From the NCBI RefSeq assembly GCF_021869535.1, contig NW_026262679.1:92775982-92839981 (forward strand): 64,000 nucleotides of DNA, given 5' to 3'. Position 1 is the first letter of the stretch, and every line of letters starts with the position of its first letter. Below are positions 24,625 through 37,654 of the stretch, piece after piece. Origin of the DNA: Mytilus californianus. Taxonomy: Eukaryota. Made by a program: the position numbers and the translations under genes. Under the pieces are notes generated by a model. The model saw only the letters and a list, made by a program, of their open reading frames with translations, ran no database searches and was not told where the DNA came from.

Positions 24625-25350
24625 GTAAATATTTTAACACTACTGTTTGTCCAGGGATCTCAAAAAAGCTTTCTTTCAAAATTCAAGAATCTTTGCGTTC
24701 ATTTATTATTGAGATTGTTGCACAATGAGCAACAGTGTGTGGTTGGTTATTGTGGTTTCAGGAAATGCTGAAGACAAAAAATGCCACCATAGTTTAAAAT
24801 ACAAGTTTTAATTTTTGCGAAAACTAATCCTGTTGCACTTTTTGCAATTATCAAAACATTACAAAAATGTCTGTGTTAACAGTATTGTACTATAAATAAC
24901 AAACAAGATAAAAAGAATAGTATAGTACTTTTAAATTTCATTTAGGTATAAATATTTATTCACTTTGTTATCAGAAATATTTTTTCTTCAATTCTTTGCA
25001 AACTGCATTTTTCAATCATAACAATCGATTGTTTTAAGGCACTGAAATATGTAGGCATAAATATAGATGTTGTCATGACACACGTGCAGGCAATATTATT
25101 ATAAAGATATAAAGATCAATTGAAATTAATTAATACTAAATTTCATTGAAACCACTTTATTGTGTCACCTGGCAGTGTCCAGCTGGGGTGATTCAGGGAT
25201 TTCACCTGTAGTAGTCTTGTTTCAGCATTTGTGTCACATTTTAATCCAATTCTCATTGAAAACTGTTAAACAGAATCCTTCAAACTTGCACACATTTCTC
25301 TACATGACTTGAAGTTGTAATGAATATCAATTTGCCATTTTTTTTTAAAG

Positions 25351-25499
25351 ATGCAAACACATCCTGGGCAGATATGGTAGAATCAGCAGAGGCTGCTAAG
25401 AAGGCAAAGAAATCCAAACGTCCAGGTGTGAGGATGGATGATGTACTTGTAGCTACTTGTGGAGATGACGGTACAGTCAGGGTCTGGCAACCATTGCAG
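25351..25499 (+). CDS. WD40-repeat gene exon: ANTSWADMVESAEAAKKAKKSKRPGVRMDDVLVATCGDDGTVRVWQPLQ
   Basis: Acceptor tttaaAG at 25349-25350 and donor GTAAAA at 25500. Confidence 0.85.
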
Positions 25500-25881
25500 G
25501 TAAAATAATGTGCATTTTTTTTTTAGTGTGTTTTTGTCAATTTTAAAGATGTAGGCAAAGGTGGTACCTTATTCAGAGTATCAGATGAGGTTTGTGTGTT
25601 TTTTGTCCCCAGTGCAAGGCTGTGAAGTGGACAGAGAAATACTGGGCTTCCATATGTGCATTTGTGTGTTAGTCTGGTCTTGTAAGCACTCTCATGTGTA
25701 CAATTCTTCAGAATTTTTATGAAATTTGAATCAAAGGTTGATATCAGGAATGTCTCAGATAAGTTCTAAAATAGGTGTGGATCATCTATTTTTATCTCTC
25801 GTGGTTTTGATATGAGTTTGTATTTTCCACAGCTTAGGTTTATTTTTTATAATTGTCTTGTAATTGTTTGTCTGTACATCT

Positions 25882-25957
25882 GTCCTTTTTATACGACCGC
25901 AAAAATTGAAAATTTTTTGGTCGTATATTGGTATGACGTTGGCATCGTCGTCGTCGA

Positions 25958-25988
<31 letters not shown>

Positions 25989-28900
25989 TGGCGTCGTCCG
26001 AAGACACATTGGTTTTCGCACTCTAACTTTAGTTAAAGTGAATGGATCTCCATGAAATTTTACCATAAGGTTCAATACCACGAAAGGAAGGTTGGGATTG
26101 ATTTTGGGGGTTATGGTACCAACAGTTAAGGAATTAGGGGCCAAAAAGGGGCCAAAAATAAGCATTTTTGTAACTTCCAGACAATAACTTGTGTGTAAGT
26201 GTATGGATCTCTCTGACATTGTACCACAAGGTTCCATATCACAAAGGGAAGGCTGTAATTGATTTTGGGGGTAATTGCCTCAAAATTTTAGGAATTAGGG
26301 GCCAAAAAAGGGGCAAAAAACAAGCATTTTTCTAGTTTCATGACAATAACTTGTGTGTAAGTGTTTGGATATTTCTGAAATTGTACTACAAGGTTCCATA
26401 TCACAAAGGGAAAGCTGGAATTGAGTTTGGGGGTAATTGCCCGAAACGTTTAGGAATTGGGGGCCAAAAAGGGGCCAAAAATAAGCATTTTTCTAGTTTC
26501 CAGACAATAACTTGTGTTCAAGTGTATGGATCTCTCTGAAATTGTACTGCAAGGTACCATACCACAAAGGGAAGGCTGGGATTGAGTTTGGGGGTGATGA
26601 ATCATAAGGGGGTTCAAAAAATTTGGGGGGGGATTTTTTTTTTTCTTTTTTTTTCTTTTTTTCCTTTTTTTTTTTCTTTTAAAATTTTCCATTTTAAGTT
26701 GGTTATTTCTGATTAATATTTAAAAGCAAATAATAATGATATGGTAGGAGATACACACCAAACAGGATGTGTAAATTATTATATAATAAGTATTGTGCAA
26801 TAGCAAGAAATTTTCAATTGCACAGTATTGCACAATAGCAAGAAATCTTCAATTGCACAGTATTGCGCAATAGCAAGAAATCTTCAATTGCACAGTATTG
26901 CGCAATAGCAAGAAATATCCAATAGCACAATATTGTGCAATAGCAAGAAATTGTCAATTGTACAGTATTGCACAATAGCAAGAAATATTCAATTGCACAG
27001 TATTGTGCAAAAGAAGATACTTCGTATAAATTGCTTATTTCTTGATCCATTTCAATGGGGTTTTATTCTTGAATTCTTGGGTATTTAATATGCTGAATCT
27101 AACCGTGTATTAAGTTTTTGGATTTTGGGCCCCGTTTTTAAATTGGTCCACATTGAGGTCCAAAGGGTCCAAAATTTAACTTTGTTTGATTTCATCAAAA
27201 ATTGAATTATTGGGGTTCTTTGATATGCCGAATCTAACCGTGTATTTAGATTCTTAATTTTTGGTTCCGTTTTCAAATTGGTCTACATTAAGGTCAGAAG
27301 GGTCCAAAATTAAACTTAGTTTGATTTTAACAAAAATTGAATTTTTAGGGTTCTTTGATATGCTGAATCTAAACATGTATTTAGATTTTTGATTATGGGC
27401 CCAGTTTTCAAGTTGGTCCAAATCGGGGTCCAAAATTTAACTTTGTTTGATTTCAACAAAAATTGAATATATGGGGTTCTTTGATATGCTGAATCTAACC
27501 ATGTATTTAGATTTTTGATTTTTGGGCCCCGTTATCAACTTTGTCCACATTGAGGTCAAAAGGGTCCAAAATTAAACTTTGTTTGATTTCATCAAAAATT
27601 GAATTCTTGGGGTTCTTTGATATGCTGAATCTAACCATGTATTTAGATTTTTTATTTGTGGACCCGCTATCAAATTGGTTCATATTGAGGTCAAAAGGGT
27701 CCAAAATTAAACTTTGTTTGATTTCATCAAAAATTGAATTATTGGGGTTCTTTGATATGCCAAATCTAACCGTGTATTTAGATTTTTAATTTTGGGTCCC
27801 GTTTTTAAATTGGTCTACATTAAGGTCCAAAGGGTCCAAAATTAAACTTAGTTTAATTTTAACAAAAATTGAATTCTTGGGGTTCTTTGATATGCTGAAT
27901 CTAAACATGTGTTTAGATTTTTGATTATGGGCCCAGTTTTCAAGTTGGTCCAAGTTGGGGTCCAAAATTAAACTTTGTTTTATTTCAACAAAAATTGAAT
28001 ATATGGGGTTCTTTGATATGCTGAATCTAAACATGTATTTAGATTTTAGATTTTTGGCCCAGTTTTCAAGTTGGTCCAAGTTGGGGTCCAAAATTAAACT
28101 TTGTTTGATTTCAACAAAAATTGAATATATGGGGTTCTTTGATATGCTGAATCTAACCATGTATTTAGATTTTTTATTTGTGGGCCCGCTATCAAATTGG
28201 TTCATATTGAGGTCAAAAGGGTCCAAAATTAAACTTTGTTTGATTTCATCAAAAATTTCATTATTGGAGTTCTTTGATATGCCAAATCTAACCGTGTATT
28301 TAGATTTTTAATTTTGGGTCCCGTTTTTTAAATTGGTCTACATTAAGGTCCAAAGGGTCCAAAATTAAACTTAGTTTGATTTTAAGAAAAATTGAATTTT
28401 TGGGGTTCTTTGATATGCTGAATCTAAACATGTGTTTAGATTTTTGATTATGGGACCAGTTTTCAAGTTGGTCAAAGGTGGGGTCCAAAATTAAACTTTG
28501 TTTGATTTCAACAAAAATTGAATATATGGGGTTCTTTGATATGCTGAATCTAAACATGTATTTAGATTTTAGATTTTTGGCCCAGTTTTCAAGTTGGTCC
28601 AAATTGGGGTCCAAAATTAAACTTTGTTTGATTTCAACAAAAATTGAATATATGGGGTTCTTTGATATGCTGAATCTAACCATGTATTTAGATTTTTTAT
28701 TTTGTGGGCCCTCTATCAAATTGGTTCATATTGAGGTCAAAAGGGTCCAAAATTAAACTTTGTTTGATTTCATCAAAAATTGAATTATTGGGGTTCTTTG
28801 ATATGTCAAATCTAACCGTGTTTTAAGATTTTTAATTTTGGGTCCCGTTTTTTAAATTGGTCTACATTAAGGTCCAAAGGGTCCAAAATTAAACTTAGTT

Positions 28901-29300
28901 TGATTTTAACAAAAATTGAATTCTTGGGGTACTTTGATATGCTGAATCTAAACATGTGTTTAGATTTTTGATTATGGGACCAGTTTTCAAGTTTGTCCAA
29001 GTTGGGGTCCAAAATTAAACTTTGATTGATTTCAACAAAAATTGAATATATGGGGTTCTTTGATATGCTGAATCTAACCATGTATTTTGATTTTGGACTT
29101 TGGACCATAATAGGTAAATTAAAAAAATTGAAGTTCTTAGACCACATTCTTTCTGTGTCAGAAACCTATGCTGTGTCAAATATTTAATCACAATCCAAAT
29201 TCAGAGCTGTATCAAGCTTGAATGTTGTGTCCATACTTGCCCCAACTGTTCAGGGTTCGACCTCTGCGGTCGTATCAAGCTGCGCCCAGCGAAGCATTTT
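25882..29300 (+). mobile_element. Composite element family A, copy 3. Its 135-bp satellite array is expanded to about 16 units (27040-29110).
   Basis: It has the same head, (GTC)n, 146-bp repeats, G/T tract, 35-bp repeats and tail as copies 1 and 2. Only the 135-bp array length differs. Confidence 0.8.
27040..29110. repeat. Tandem satellite with a period of about 135 bp and about 16 units, internal to family-A copy 3
   Basis: Unit 'ttgaattcttggggttctttgatatgctgaatctaaccatgtatttagattt..gggccc.gtttt.aaattggtc.acattgaggtccaaagggtccaaaattaaactttgtttgatttcatcaaaaa' recurs head-to-tail. The track ORFs on both strands here are artefacts. Confidence 0.85.
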
Positions 29301-29312
29301 ATTGTTTTTTAG

Positions 29313-29524
29313 GCTAATGAGCTTGCCAGTATGTCAGGACACGATGACAGAGTTCTCAGTGTATCATCTGACGCACAGGGAAAATTGTGTACAAGCAGTC
29401 TAGACAAGTCTGTCCGTCTGTGGGCTCCACAATTGTCAACAACAGCATCAGATACAGGACATAATGGATCAGTGACATTTGTCATTTCTATAGAAAATGG
29501 AGCAGGATTACTGACTGGAAGCAG
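29313..29524 (+). CDS. WD40-repeat gene exon: ANELASMSGHDDRVLSVSSDAQGKLCTSSLDKSVRLWAPQLSTTASDTGHNGSVTFVISIENGAGLLTGS
   Basis: Acceptor ttttttAG at 29311-29312, directly after the tail of a composite element, and donor GTATGA at 29525. Confidence 0.85.
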
Positions 29525-30489
29525 GTATGAGATCAGCATAGATTAAAATAGAAAAGATAGATTTATACACGACTACAATCCAATGGAATACTTGACTTAA
29601 TTTTCTCCCATTGGTGGGTGCTCTTTAATACACAGTGCTCTGCCAGTTATTTAAAATGGTTCATACTCCATGAGGGTAAAATTGTCTTGTCCAATAAATA
29701 AGTATTTTCAGGTACTGTAATTAATAGCTAATTCAGTATGACATATAGTTATTGTTAGTACTATTGTTGACCTCTCCAATGATAGGGTTTTTTCACAAAC
29801 TTAAAAGTATATGAGGAAAAAACTCTCCCTCTGTTTGCTCATGAGTTACCAAATTTGTGTCCTGACAATAATATATTTACTTCCATATAAATATTGTAGG
29901 CTTTAAAAAAATTAATTGAGACAATTATTATGTTGATCAGATCAAATATTTCATTATAGGTGAATATCAACAGAAATTATTTAATACATATGTTTTGGGA
30001 AATAAATTTCACAACTAGATAATAAAAGCATAATTTATATTCATTTTTTGGTGCATTTCCTAGTTTAATAATTTTCTCTTCATGGAATTTGACAATAAGG
30101 TGAAATTGAAACTTCATTAACCAAATAAATGTGTCCAACTTTTATTAGAAAAATGTCACCATTTACAATATTTGGTGCTTGGCCAGAATTTCTTTACATT
30201 TAGTGATATGCAACCTTGTTCCAGCTGAGCCTAGAATTGAAATTTTTACTGAAAGTTCCACCAAATTTGAGTGAGTTCTATTGAAAATTTTTTTAAAAGA
30301 TCTGCCTCACTTCAGTCTGATCCGTGATATAAATCCATTGGCTATGGTGGAAAACAAAGACCAGTTACACTTGGACAAAAAATATATGCCGCTTGGACTG
30401 ACAGTCTTTTCTTTTATGAAGGAGACAATAATATATATGATTTTAATGAAGTTTTCCTTTCAGTTTTATATTGTTTTCTTCTGTTGAAG

Positions 30490-30553
30490 GGATGGTGTTG
30501 TAAAGTTCTGGAGCATAGACAATGGCGTATTTGTTTGTGAGAGATCTATGCAG
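30490..30553 (+). CDS. WD40-repeat gene exon: DGVVKFWSIDNGVFVCERSMQ
   Basis: Acceptor ttgaAG at 30488-30489 and donor GTAAAC at 30554. Phase 2 in, phase 0 out. Confidence 0.8.
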
Positions 30554-30861
30554 GTAAACATATCTTCTTGTTATCACTTTTTATTCGTATACATAACTTA
30601 CTTTAACAGGTACAAATCAAATTTCCTTTATTGAATAAAGTTGTATGTATTTCCAAATATAGCATGTTAAACCTGAAAAAAATTCAAACAATTCTTTTGA
30701 TGTTGATTTTTTTAATTCAAATTTCATCATGGCGCACATTTACTCAGTTTTGTTGTGACAGATTTATGAGAAAGTTTAGTCATCTTGTTTTAATGTATGC
30801 TGAAAATGTATAATGATGTTTTTCATTAGCAATTATAAGTTATTCCATTTGTCACTGACAG

Positions 30862-30980
30862 GTTTCCAAGAAGTCTGTTAATGCTGCTTTATTCCAAATT
30901 GACGATCATGTTATAACAGCAGGTGAAGATGGACAAATTGTTTCTTGGTCTGTCACAAGAGATGGCATGAAAATCAAGAG
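30862..30980 (+). CDS. WD40-repeat gene exon: VSKKSVNAALFQIDDHVITAGEDGQIVSWSVTRDGMKIK
   Basis: Acceptor tgacAG at 30860-30861 and donor GTATGT at 30981. Confidence 0.8.
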
Positions 30981-32068
30981 GTATGTTTTTACAATCATGT
31001 AACTTTAATGATGACACCATATCACCAGGAGGTTTCTAGTTTTATCTCTGTTTATCTCTGTCTGTTATTAAGTAATTTCCCTTTGTAAGTGTTTTACAAG
31101 TGTTTAACTCTGACATCAGGAACATAGGCACATGTAAATCTTTGTCATCATTTCGTGTCCATTGTTTTTCTGTCTGTCCTTTGACCATTTTACTCTTCAA
31201 TTCTTCTGAAACCACATTGGCATTTTAAAATTAAGGTAGTAATGATATTTAAAAGATCCTCTACAAATATAAAGCGTCATTAAATGGAATGAAAATCTGT
31301 ACACAAGAGAAAGTCTTTAATTCTGATTAGCCAATTTAAAAAATCTTTGCATCTGAAACTACAAGGCAAAATGTTTTGAAATTTCTTTGGATTGATAAAA
31401 ACAACATCTGTAGCTTGAAGAAATTAGCTCTTTTTGCCAGGGGACTCTACTAGGAACCCCAAGTTTATTGTATTGAGCTATTGTCTAGTATGTAGGTGTT
31501 CCATGGGTAGTGATAGTTACAGATTGTGTTGGTAGATGAATTTACAATTTGTACTCATTTTTCATGAAAATGTTAGCTGTCTTTACAGAAAGAATCATTA
31601 TTAACAAACTAAAAATTACTACAAAAATCTTGGTAAGAAAAAACAATATTTCTCTACAATTGTTGTAAGGGGACAACCATTTGATTTTCTGGGGGTGGGA
31701 AGGAGAATTTTGAAAATGAATAACTAGGCCTAGTAAGAACTGAAAATATATAAGTATGCACAAGACAGGATGAAATTGAATGTTCTGCAACACAAAATGC
31801 AGGAAACAAATGTGTATAAAAATGAGAGGAAAAAAATAAGCATGCATAGAAGCAGATAAAAATAATAGATCAATCTGGGGAAATATCCTCCTGCCTCCCC
31901 TCCCCAGAATATCTAATGGTCACCCCCTACAATGAATCATACTTTAAAATTAAGAAATATATAGCTTCTATTCAATCATCCAAATTTACCTTGAAATTGG
32001 GTGAAGAACAAAAGGTTTTTGTTATGCTATTGTCTATCTACAAAATATAAATTTTGTCTTTATTTTAG

Positions 32069-32206
32069 AATTGAGAAGTCCTCTGTAATAGAAAATGGTT
32101 CAACACCTGTGACTTGTCTGCTACAGTCTACATCCACAGCTCACTTCTTCTCTGGCAATTGGAAAGGGGAAGTAACTGTATATAAGATCAACAGACAGGT
32201 TGAGAG
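32069..32206 (+). CDS. WD40-repeat gene exon: IEKSSVIENGSTPVTCLLQSTSTAHFFSGNWKGEVTVYKINRQVE
   Basis: Acceptor attttAG at 32067-32068 and donor GTACGG at 32207. It lies within track ORF 32001-32219. Confidence 0.8.
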
Positions 32207-33553
32207 GTACGGTCTATGATTATTAGGTGCTAAGTAAAAAAGGGAATGTCAATTACACAGTAACCAAACAATAAAAAACATACAAACAAATGAACATTTA
32301 AATGTTACACTTTGATAATGCTTGGTTCTACTACAAAGTTTGATAACAACATTTTATGTCCATTCTGTCTTTTATTGTAGTACCCTAACCAAAGTTTTGG
32401 GTATATATATGAATCCACTTGTCTATCTATTTGTCCATCTGCCCTTCTGTCAGTCATACATGTACCTTGTTAGTGCATCTTCTAAGCAGATGGACATATA
32501 TTGATGAAAATGTACACAGTTGTAAAATGCTATCAGAAGAAGAGCATATTGTATATATATAATCCCTATCCTGCATGCTGAAGGGGAGATATTCAAACTT
32601 TCTTACTGCAGTGTTGCAATATGTGAGAATAGTCTCTCATTCTCTCATATGTCCAAAAATGTTGAACCGATACTGATTAAATTGTTGTAGAACACTAACT
32701 GAGGATCTCCTTAAAGGATATAATCCTTGTCCAACAAGTTAAAGGGTAGATAATCCATTTTGCTAGTTGGGGTATCCTTTTATCATTTCATTCACTCATT
32801 ACCATAAAGTACCAATGTTTCGGATTACTGAATTGATGATTGTGTGTTCCAGTAACTTTCAAAAGTGTTATTTGGAGAAAAATAAATATTAAGTATGCAG
32901 TTGCATTTTAGATGCAACTACATTAAAGATATTTCAGCAACGTCATGGACTTGTGTAGTTACATTATCTTTGTTTTTGCTGACAGAAATTTTTTTTTCAT
33001 CAAAAGTATAAAAAAAATGAAATGCTAAGAATGGAAAAAAAGAGTTTTAAAATTATAGGAGCCAGCTTTATACAATTGAAGTGGACACATTTTTATGACT
33101 TGATAAATCTAAAAGGTACATTTCAAATCGTTTATCCCTGCTTATGTATCTGCCTAAAATATTTTACACAAACAGAATTTTTGTGACTACCAAACTTTGC
33201 ACAAATGATACTGCAAACAAACAAAAAAAGCAACAAATGAGTTTGATAACATTGTTTAATGTATGCATAAAAGACTCAATTTTGTACCCTAATTAATTGT
33301 AAATCATACTTTGTAGGTCTTATAAAATTGCAATCTTCCTTTATTAAAAAGACTGTCAACACTAAGGTTGTGAGTTCTAACCTTCCTAAGAAAAATGGTT
33401 TTTGACAAAGATTCCGATTTTTAATTATATCCTCCAGGTACTGTGGCTTCCTTGACCAATAAAATAGGCCACCATGATATAGCCATGTGTGCAGAAAGTG
33501 GCATTAAAACACCCAACAATCAATCAAAAATCAATCTTTTTATAATGTTACAG

Positions 33554-33677
33554 AAAATGTATAGTGGATCAAGCAGACTGGATATTAAGTTTGTACCAGA
33601 CAAAGTCTAAACCTGGACATCTCTATGCTACCACTGCTAGTGGAATGGTGATTGAAATGAAAATTACAATGGAGAAG
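33554..33677 (+). CDS. WD40-repeat gene exon: KCIVDQADWILSLYQTKSKPGHLYATTASGMVIEMKITMEK
   Basis: Acceptor gttacAG at 33552-33553 and donor GTAAAG at 33678. Confidence 0.8.
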
Positions 33678-33894
33678 GTAAAGCTTACCAATTACATATT
33701 TTCTTATTTATCTGGACGCAGGTTCTAACAAGGATTGGTATGTTATCACACAAGAACAAATTTGATGTGTAAATCTTTGATTAGAATTTCCTGTTTGTCC
33801 AACATTTTTATTTTCTGCACAGATTTTTGGGAATGTGATAATAAACCTGTATAATTTTGTTCAGTTGCTTTTAAAATTAAACAAAGTTTTCTTT

Positions 33895-34495
33895 TTATGC
33901 CCCCATTGTAGCGGAGGGGCATTAAGTTTACCTAGCCATTGTCAACCTTGTCAGTCTGTTTTCTATTCTCTAACTTTAGTTTGCCTCAACGAAATGTTGT
34001 GAAACTCATACACAATGCTTATTACCACAAAACACGATCAAGTTTGAATTTTGGTGGCATCACTTATACTGTTTTAAAGTTATGCCCCTTTACAAAAGGA
34101 AAAATTGCTGAATTTTTTGTTTCCGTTCTCTAGCTTAAGTTTCCCTCAACCAAATGTTATGAAACTTATACACAATGCTTATTACCACATAATACAGATC
34201 AAGTTTAAATTTGGTGATGTTACTTTAACAGTTCCAGAGTTATGCCAGTTTACAAATGGAAAAATTGCTGAATTTTTTCGTTTCCGTTCTCTTACTTATG
34301 TTTACCTGAACTAAATGTTATGAAACTTATACACAATGCTTATTACTACAAAATACAGATCAAGTACAAATTTAGGTAGGATCACTTTTACCGTTCTTCA
34401 GTTATGTCCCTTTAAAACTTTATATGATATGCAAGCGGGGTCATCATCTGTGTTCCATGGACACATTCCCCATTTATTGTTTTCTATGGTATTCA
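33895..34495 (+). mobile_element. Composite element family B: head 'ttttatgcccc..gtagcggaggggcattaag' (hairpin), three units of about 165 bp, tail '...gggtcatcatctgtgttccatggacacattccccatttatt'
   Basis: Unit 'gtt..cgttctctaactttagtttgcctcaac.aaatgttatgaaact.atacacaatgcttattaccacaaaacacagatcaagtttgaattttggtggcatcactt.tac.gtt.t..agttatgcccctttacaaa.ggaaaaattgctgaattttttgtttcc'. Related copies occur at 42730-43760 and 60465-61090. Track ORFs 33939-34545 are artefacts. Confidence 0.7.
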
Positions 34496-34583
34496 TTTAT
34501 AGGTATATGATTGTGAACATGATTTATTTAATCAAAAAGTTTTAAGAACATACTATGTATCATTCTTGTAACTGTTCTTTCAG

Positions 34584-34757
34584 AAATGCAACATACAAGT
34601 TCACAGCAGGATTTCAATTCCAAACACAGTTGACACAGATGTAGTCATACACAAGAAACAACCAGTTTGGGTACACAGCATTGCTGTTGATAGTAAAGTA
34701 CATATAGTTGGAGACTCCAAGGGACAAATAACCAACTCAACTAAGTCTACAACAAGG
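34584..34757 (+). CDS. WD40-repeat gene exon: KCNIQVHSRISIPNTVDTDVVIHKKQPVWVHSIAVDSKVHIVGDSKGQITNSTKSTTR
   Basis: Acceptor ctttcAG at 34582-34583 and donor GTAGGT at 34758. It is 58 codons long. Confidence 0.8.
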
Positions 34758-36426
34758 GTAGGTATACAAATTTAAAAAGCATTCATGCTCAGAATAATAT
34801 TTTTCACTATTTATTTTTTATCCATCCAATCTGGGTCTATGTCATCACTCTGGATTTTAAGATGGTGAAGAAATCTGTACTATTTCTTCTGTTTCGAATT
34901 TTGTCAACTTAAAACTTGAAATTGACTCTTAGATATTGGCACACATCAAACTCATTTCATCAACTTTAAACAAATTAATGTCTTTCTTTACTTAATGCAA
35001 ATGTGTATATCAAGATTTTTGTCTGCCTCCATACCTCACAGAAAGACTAAAGTATGATTTGAAATAATGCACACAAATCTTCAAATCTTTCCATTTATAA
35101 TAGTGATTTCGATCACTTTAATTGTCATAAGTACTTAAGAAGACATACACAATTTCCTCAGAATTTTGGGAGCAGAGAGTTATAAAACAGTTTAAGGGTG
35201 ACAATTCGATCTGAGTTATTGCAAAAAAGAACAGTTGATATTTTTAAACTAAAGAAAGGTTTATTTTTTTGTTCATCCAAAACACTTTTCTGTATTTACC
35301 TTCATCAAAAATGCTTAAACCCAAACATAATTAAGCCAAAGATGTATAAATACCATAAAACGTGAGGAGCTTTATGACTAAAAAAGATCTTAATAATAGC
35401 AACACACATTGCTCAGTCAAATTTAATGTACCAAGCATTGAACTTTAGTAACTGATTTCTGTAAATGAATTGTCCTGATGACGTCTGCCTGCCAGGAGAA
35501 AGCATGTCGACTAAGTTCAATAAAAGTATTGTCAAATAAAGGTATTTTAAGTTTTGCAATAGTTTGCATTAAGGTATCCACTTTAGGAGACTCTATTGAA
35601 AGTAAACACAACAGAGTTAATTTAATATTTACGGAAATCATAAGATTAACATGCAATTATACCTTACTGGCTGTTGATCAAGTAATAACAGCCTTTGAAC
35701 AACTGTTTGAAAATAGACCCTAGTTGAAAAATGAATTTATAAGACAACATTGTCATATGATCAAAACAAAACTTGATGATGTATTGATTTACTAGCCTAG
35801 AAAAAGGACTGTGATCTTTGATGAGAAAAAAACAAGTTAATAGCTAATCTGAAACTGATCAACTAGTAAGAGACAGTCTCAAAATGAATCAATGGATCCA
35901 ATATGAACAAAAACCATCCACAGTATATAAATAGAGTGCTAGCTCAAGAACCTTTAAACTAGTGTTTCAAGATAGTTCATTCAAGGACCAAACTAGTCAC
36001 ACTCTAGATTGGTTGAGAAGCAAATTTAGATTAAATTTAAAACATCACTCTCTTTATCTGTAGTAGTCAAGTATCAAGAACCATAAATTATTATTAATTA
36101 CCATAGTATGCCATAAGAGTTTTCTTATTCTCCAAGAAAGCATTTTATGACCCTTTCACTTTCCTGATATATTCTTTTGCATAATCAATTTTTATTAAAC
36201 TAGAGTTTGACCCAGATTTCATGGTTCACTAGACATAGAAATGTAATAGTTCTTGCAAGGCGTGATGTCCTAGGAACACATTTTCTTGCTCATTAACTAT
36301 TTAATTACTGGTAAAGGGTATCATTGATATCAAGATCAAATTCTTTTCTTTTCTTTTATTTTTTAAAAAAATATTTAGTTTTTGTTTGTTTGTTTATTAC
36401 TGTATTTTGTTGACTTAAATTTCCAG

Positions 36427-36528
36427 GTGCATGGTGGTGCAGTGACAGCTGTTGATATGACAGATGATCTTATTTTTACTGCTTCTCATGATAGGACAGT
36501 CAAAGTGTGGAATAAAGATATGAAACAG
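36427..36528 (+). CDS. WD40-repeat gene exon: VHGGAVTAVDMTDDLIFTASHDRTVKVWNKDMKQ
   Basis: Acceptor tttccAG at 36425-36426 and donor GTAATT at 36529. It lies within track ORF 36382-36573. Confidence 0.85.
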
Positions 36529-36860
36529 GTAATTTTTATAATTAAGAGATACTATTTGAAGCAAATTTTGTAATGAAAATATTTTTTTACACTTTTCTGA
36601 ATTTTACTGATAAAATAGACTTAGTTTTTTGCAGTTAATATTTACATACAGTCTTGGAATAAATTTTTAAGACATAAATAACCTTCGTGATTTATGAAAC
36701 TTGGACAGAAGCTTCTTCAAGGTCAATTCTTCTTAACTAGGACAGGCTCATCTTTACACTGGAAACTCACTGGGCCTCCTGTTATTAATTTCTATCTCAA
36801 CTGAATATAAACTGTACTTGTTTGCATTTGTTAATAACTGATTTTATGATTCTGTTATAG

Positions 36861-37001
36861 GTTGGTTTATTCTTCTGTCCAGCACCAGTTACCACAATGA
36901 CAATTGTGAAAATTTTACGGAATCTATATTCAGTTGTCTCTCTTGCCTGTGGTGATGAATTGGGTAACATTCATTACTTAACCTGGAGAGGAGGCATATG
37001 A
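36861..37001 (+). CDS. WD40-repeat gene terminal coding exon: VGLFFCPAPVTTMTIVKILRNLYSVVSLACGDELGNIHYLTWRGGI*
   Basis: Acceptor gttatAG at 36859-36860 and in-frame TGA at 36999-37001. An AT-rich 3' UTR follows. Confidence 0.8.
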   Translation, partial: VGLFFCPAPVTTMTIVKILRNLYSVVSLACGDELGNIHYLTWRGGI

Positions 37002-37654
37002 ACAGTAAAGAAAAGAGTTTATTTTCACAGAGAAAGACAATCATACCTCGTTTCCTTATTCTTATAAAGGAGAATTCATTATACTTGACTCTGTAAAAGA
37101 GGGAATTGTAATAACTTGTTGCAATATGCTTTGTGTTGAGGAGATAGAGAAAATATATGAAAAAAAAATGAAGATAAAAAAGAAACTTTGAATATATATA
37201 TTGTATGAATATTGTGGATATTTCTTAAATATTTGATATAGCTTTGTCAATATATGTACTGTCTAACTTATTTTCATACTTTAATTTATATGAATATGCA
37301 TTCTATATGTTTCAGTAATTCACATATTTTCATGATATATACACATAGCACAAATTTACTGTATATATTTATATTATATTATTTATAATTTTTGGAAACA
37401 ATTTTCATTGCATTTAGCATCCAGTCTGTACATTATTTGTAATATGTTTGTGCATGGATAGATGTGTATATCATGAATACACACTCCTGTTGTTACATTG
37501 CAAGTCAGAGACAAACTTTTATAAAAAAAAGTATTTCTACTAAGGTATGATATATACTTTTTTGGTTACTTATATAAAAAAAAAACCTGACTCAAATATT
37601 ACCTATAAGGGGAAAATGTTATGTTAAAGAAAACTTTGCTGTATATTGATCTTT

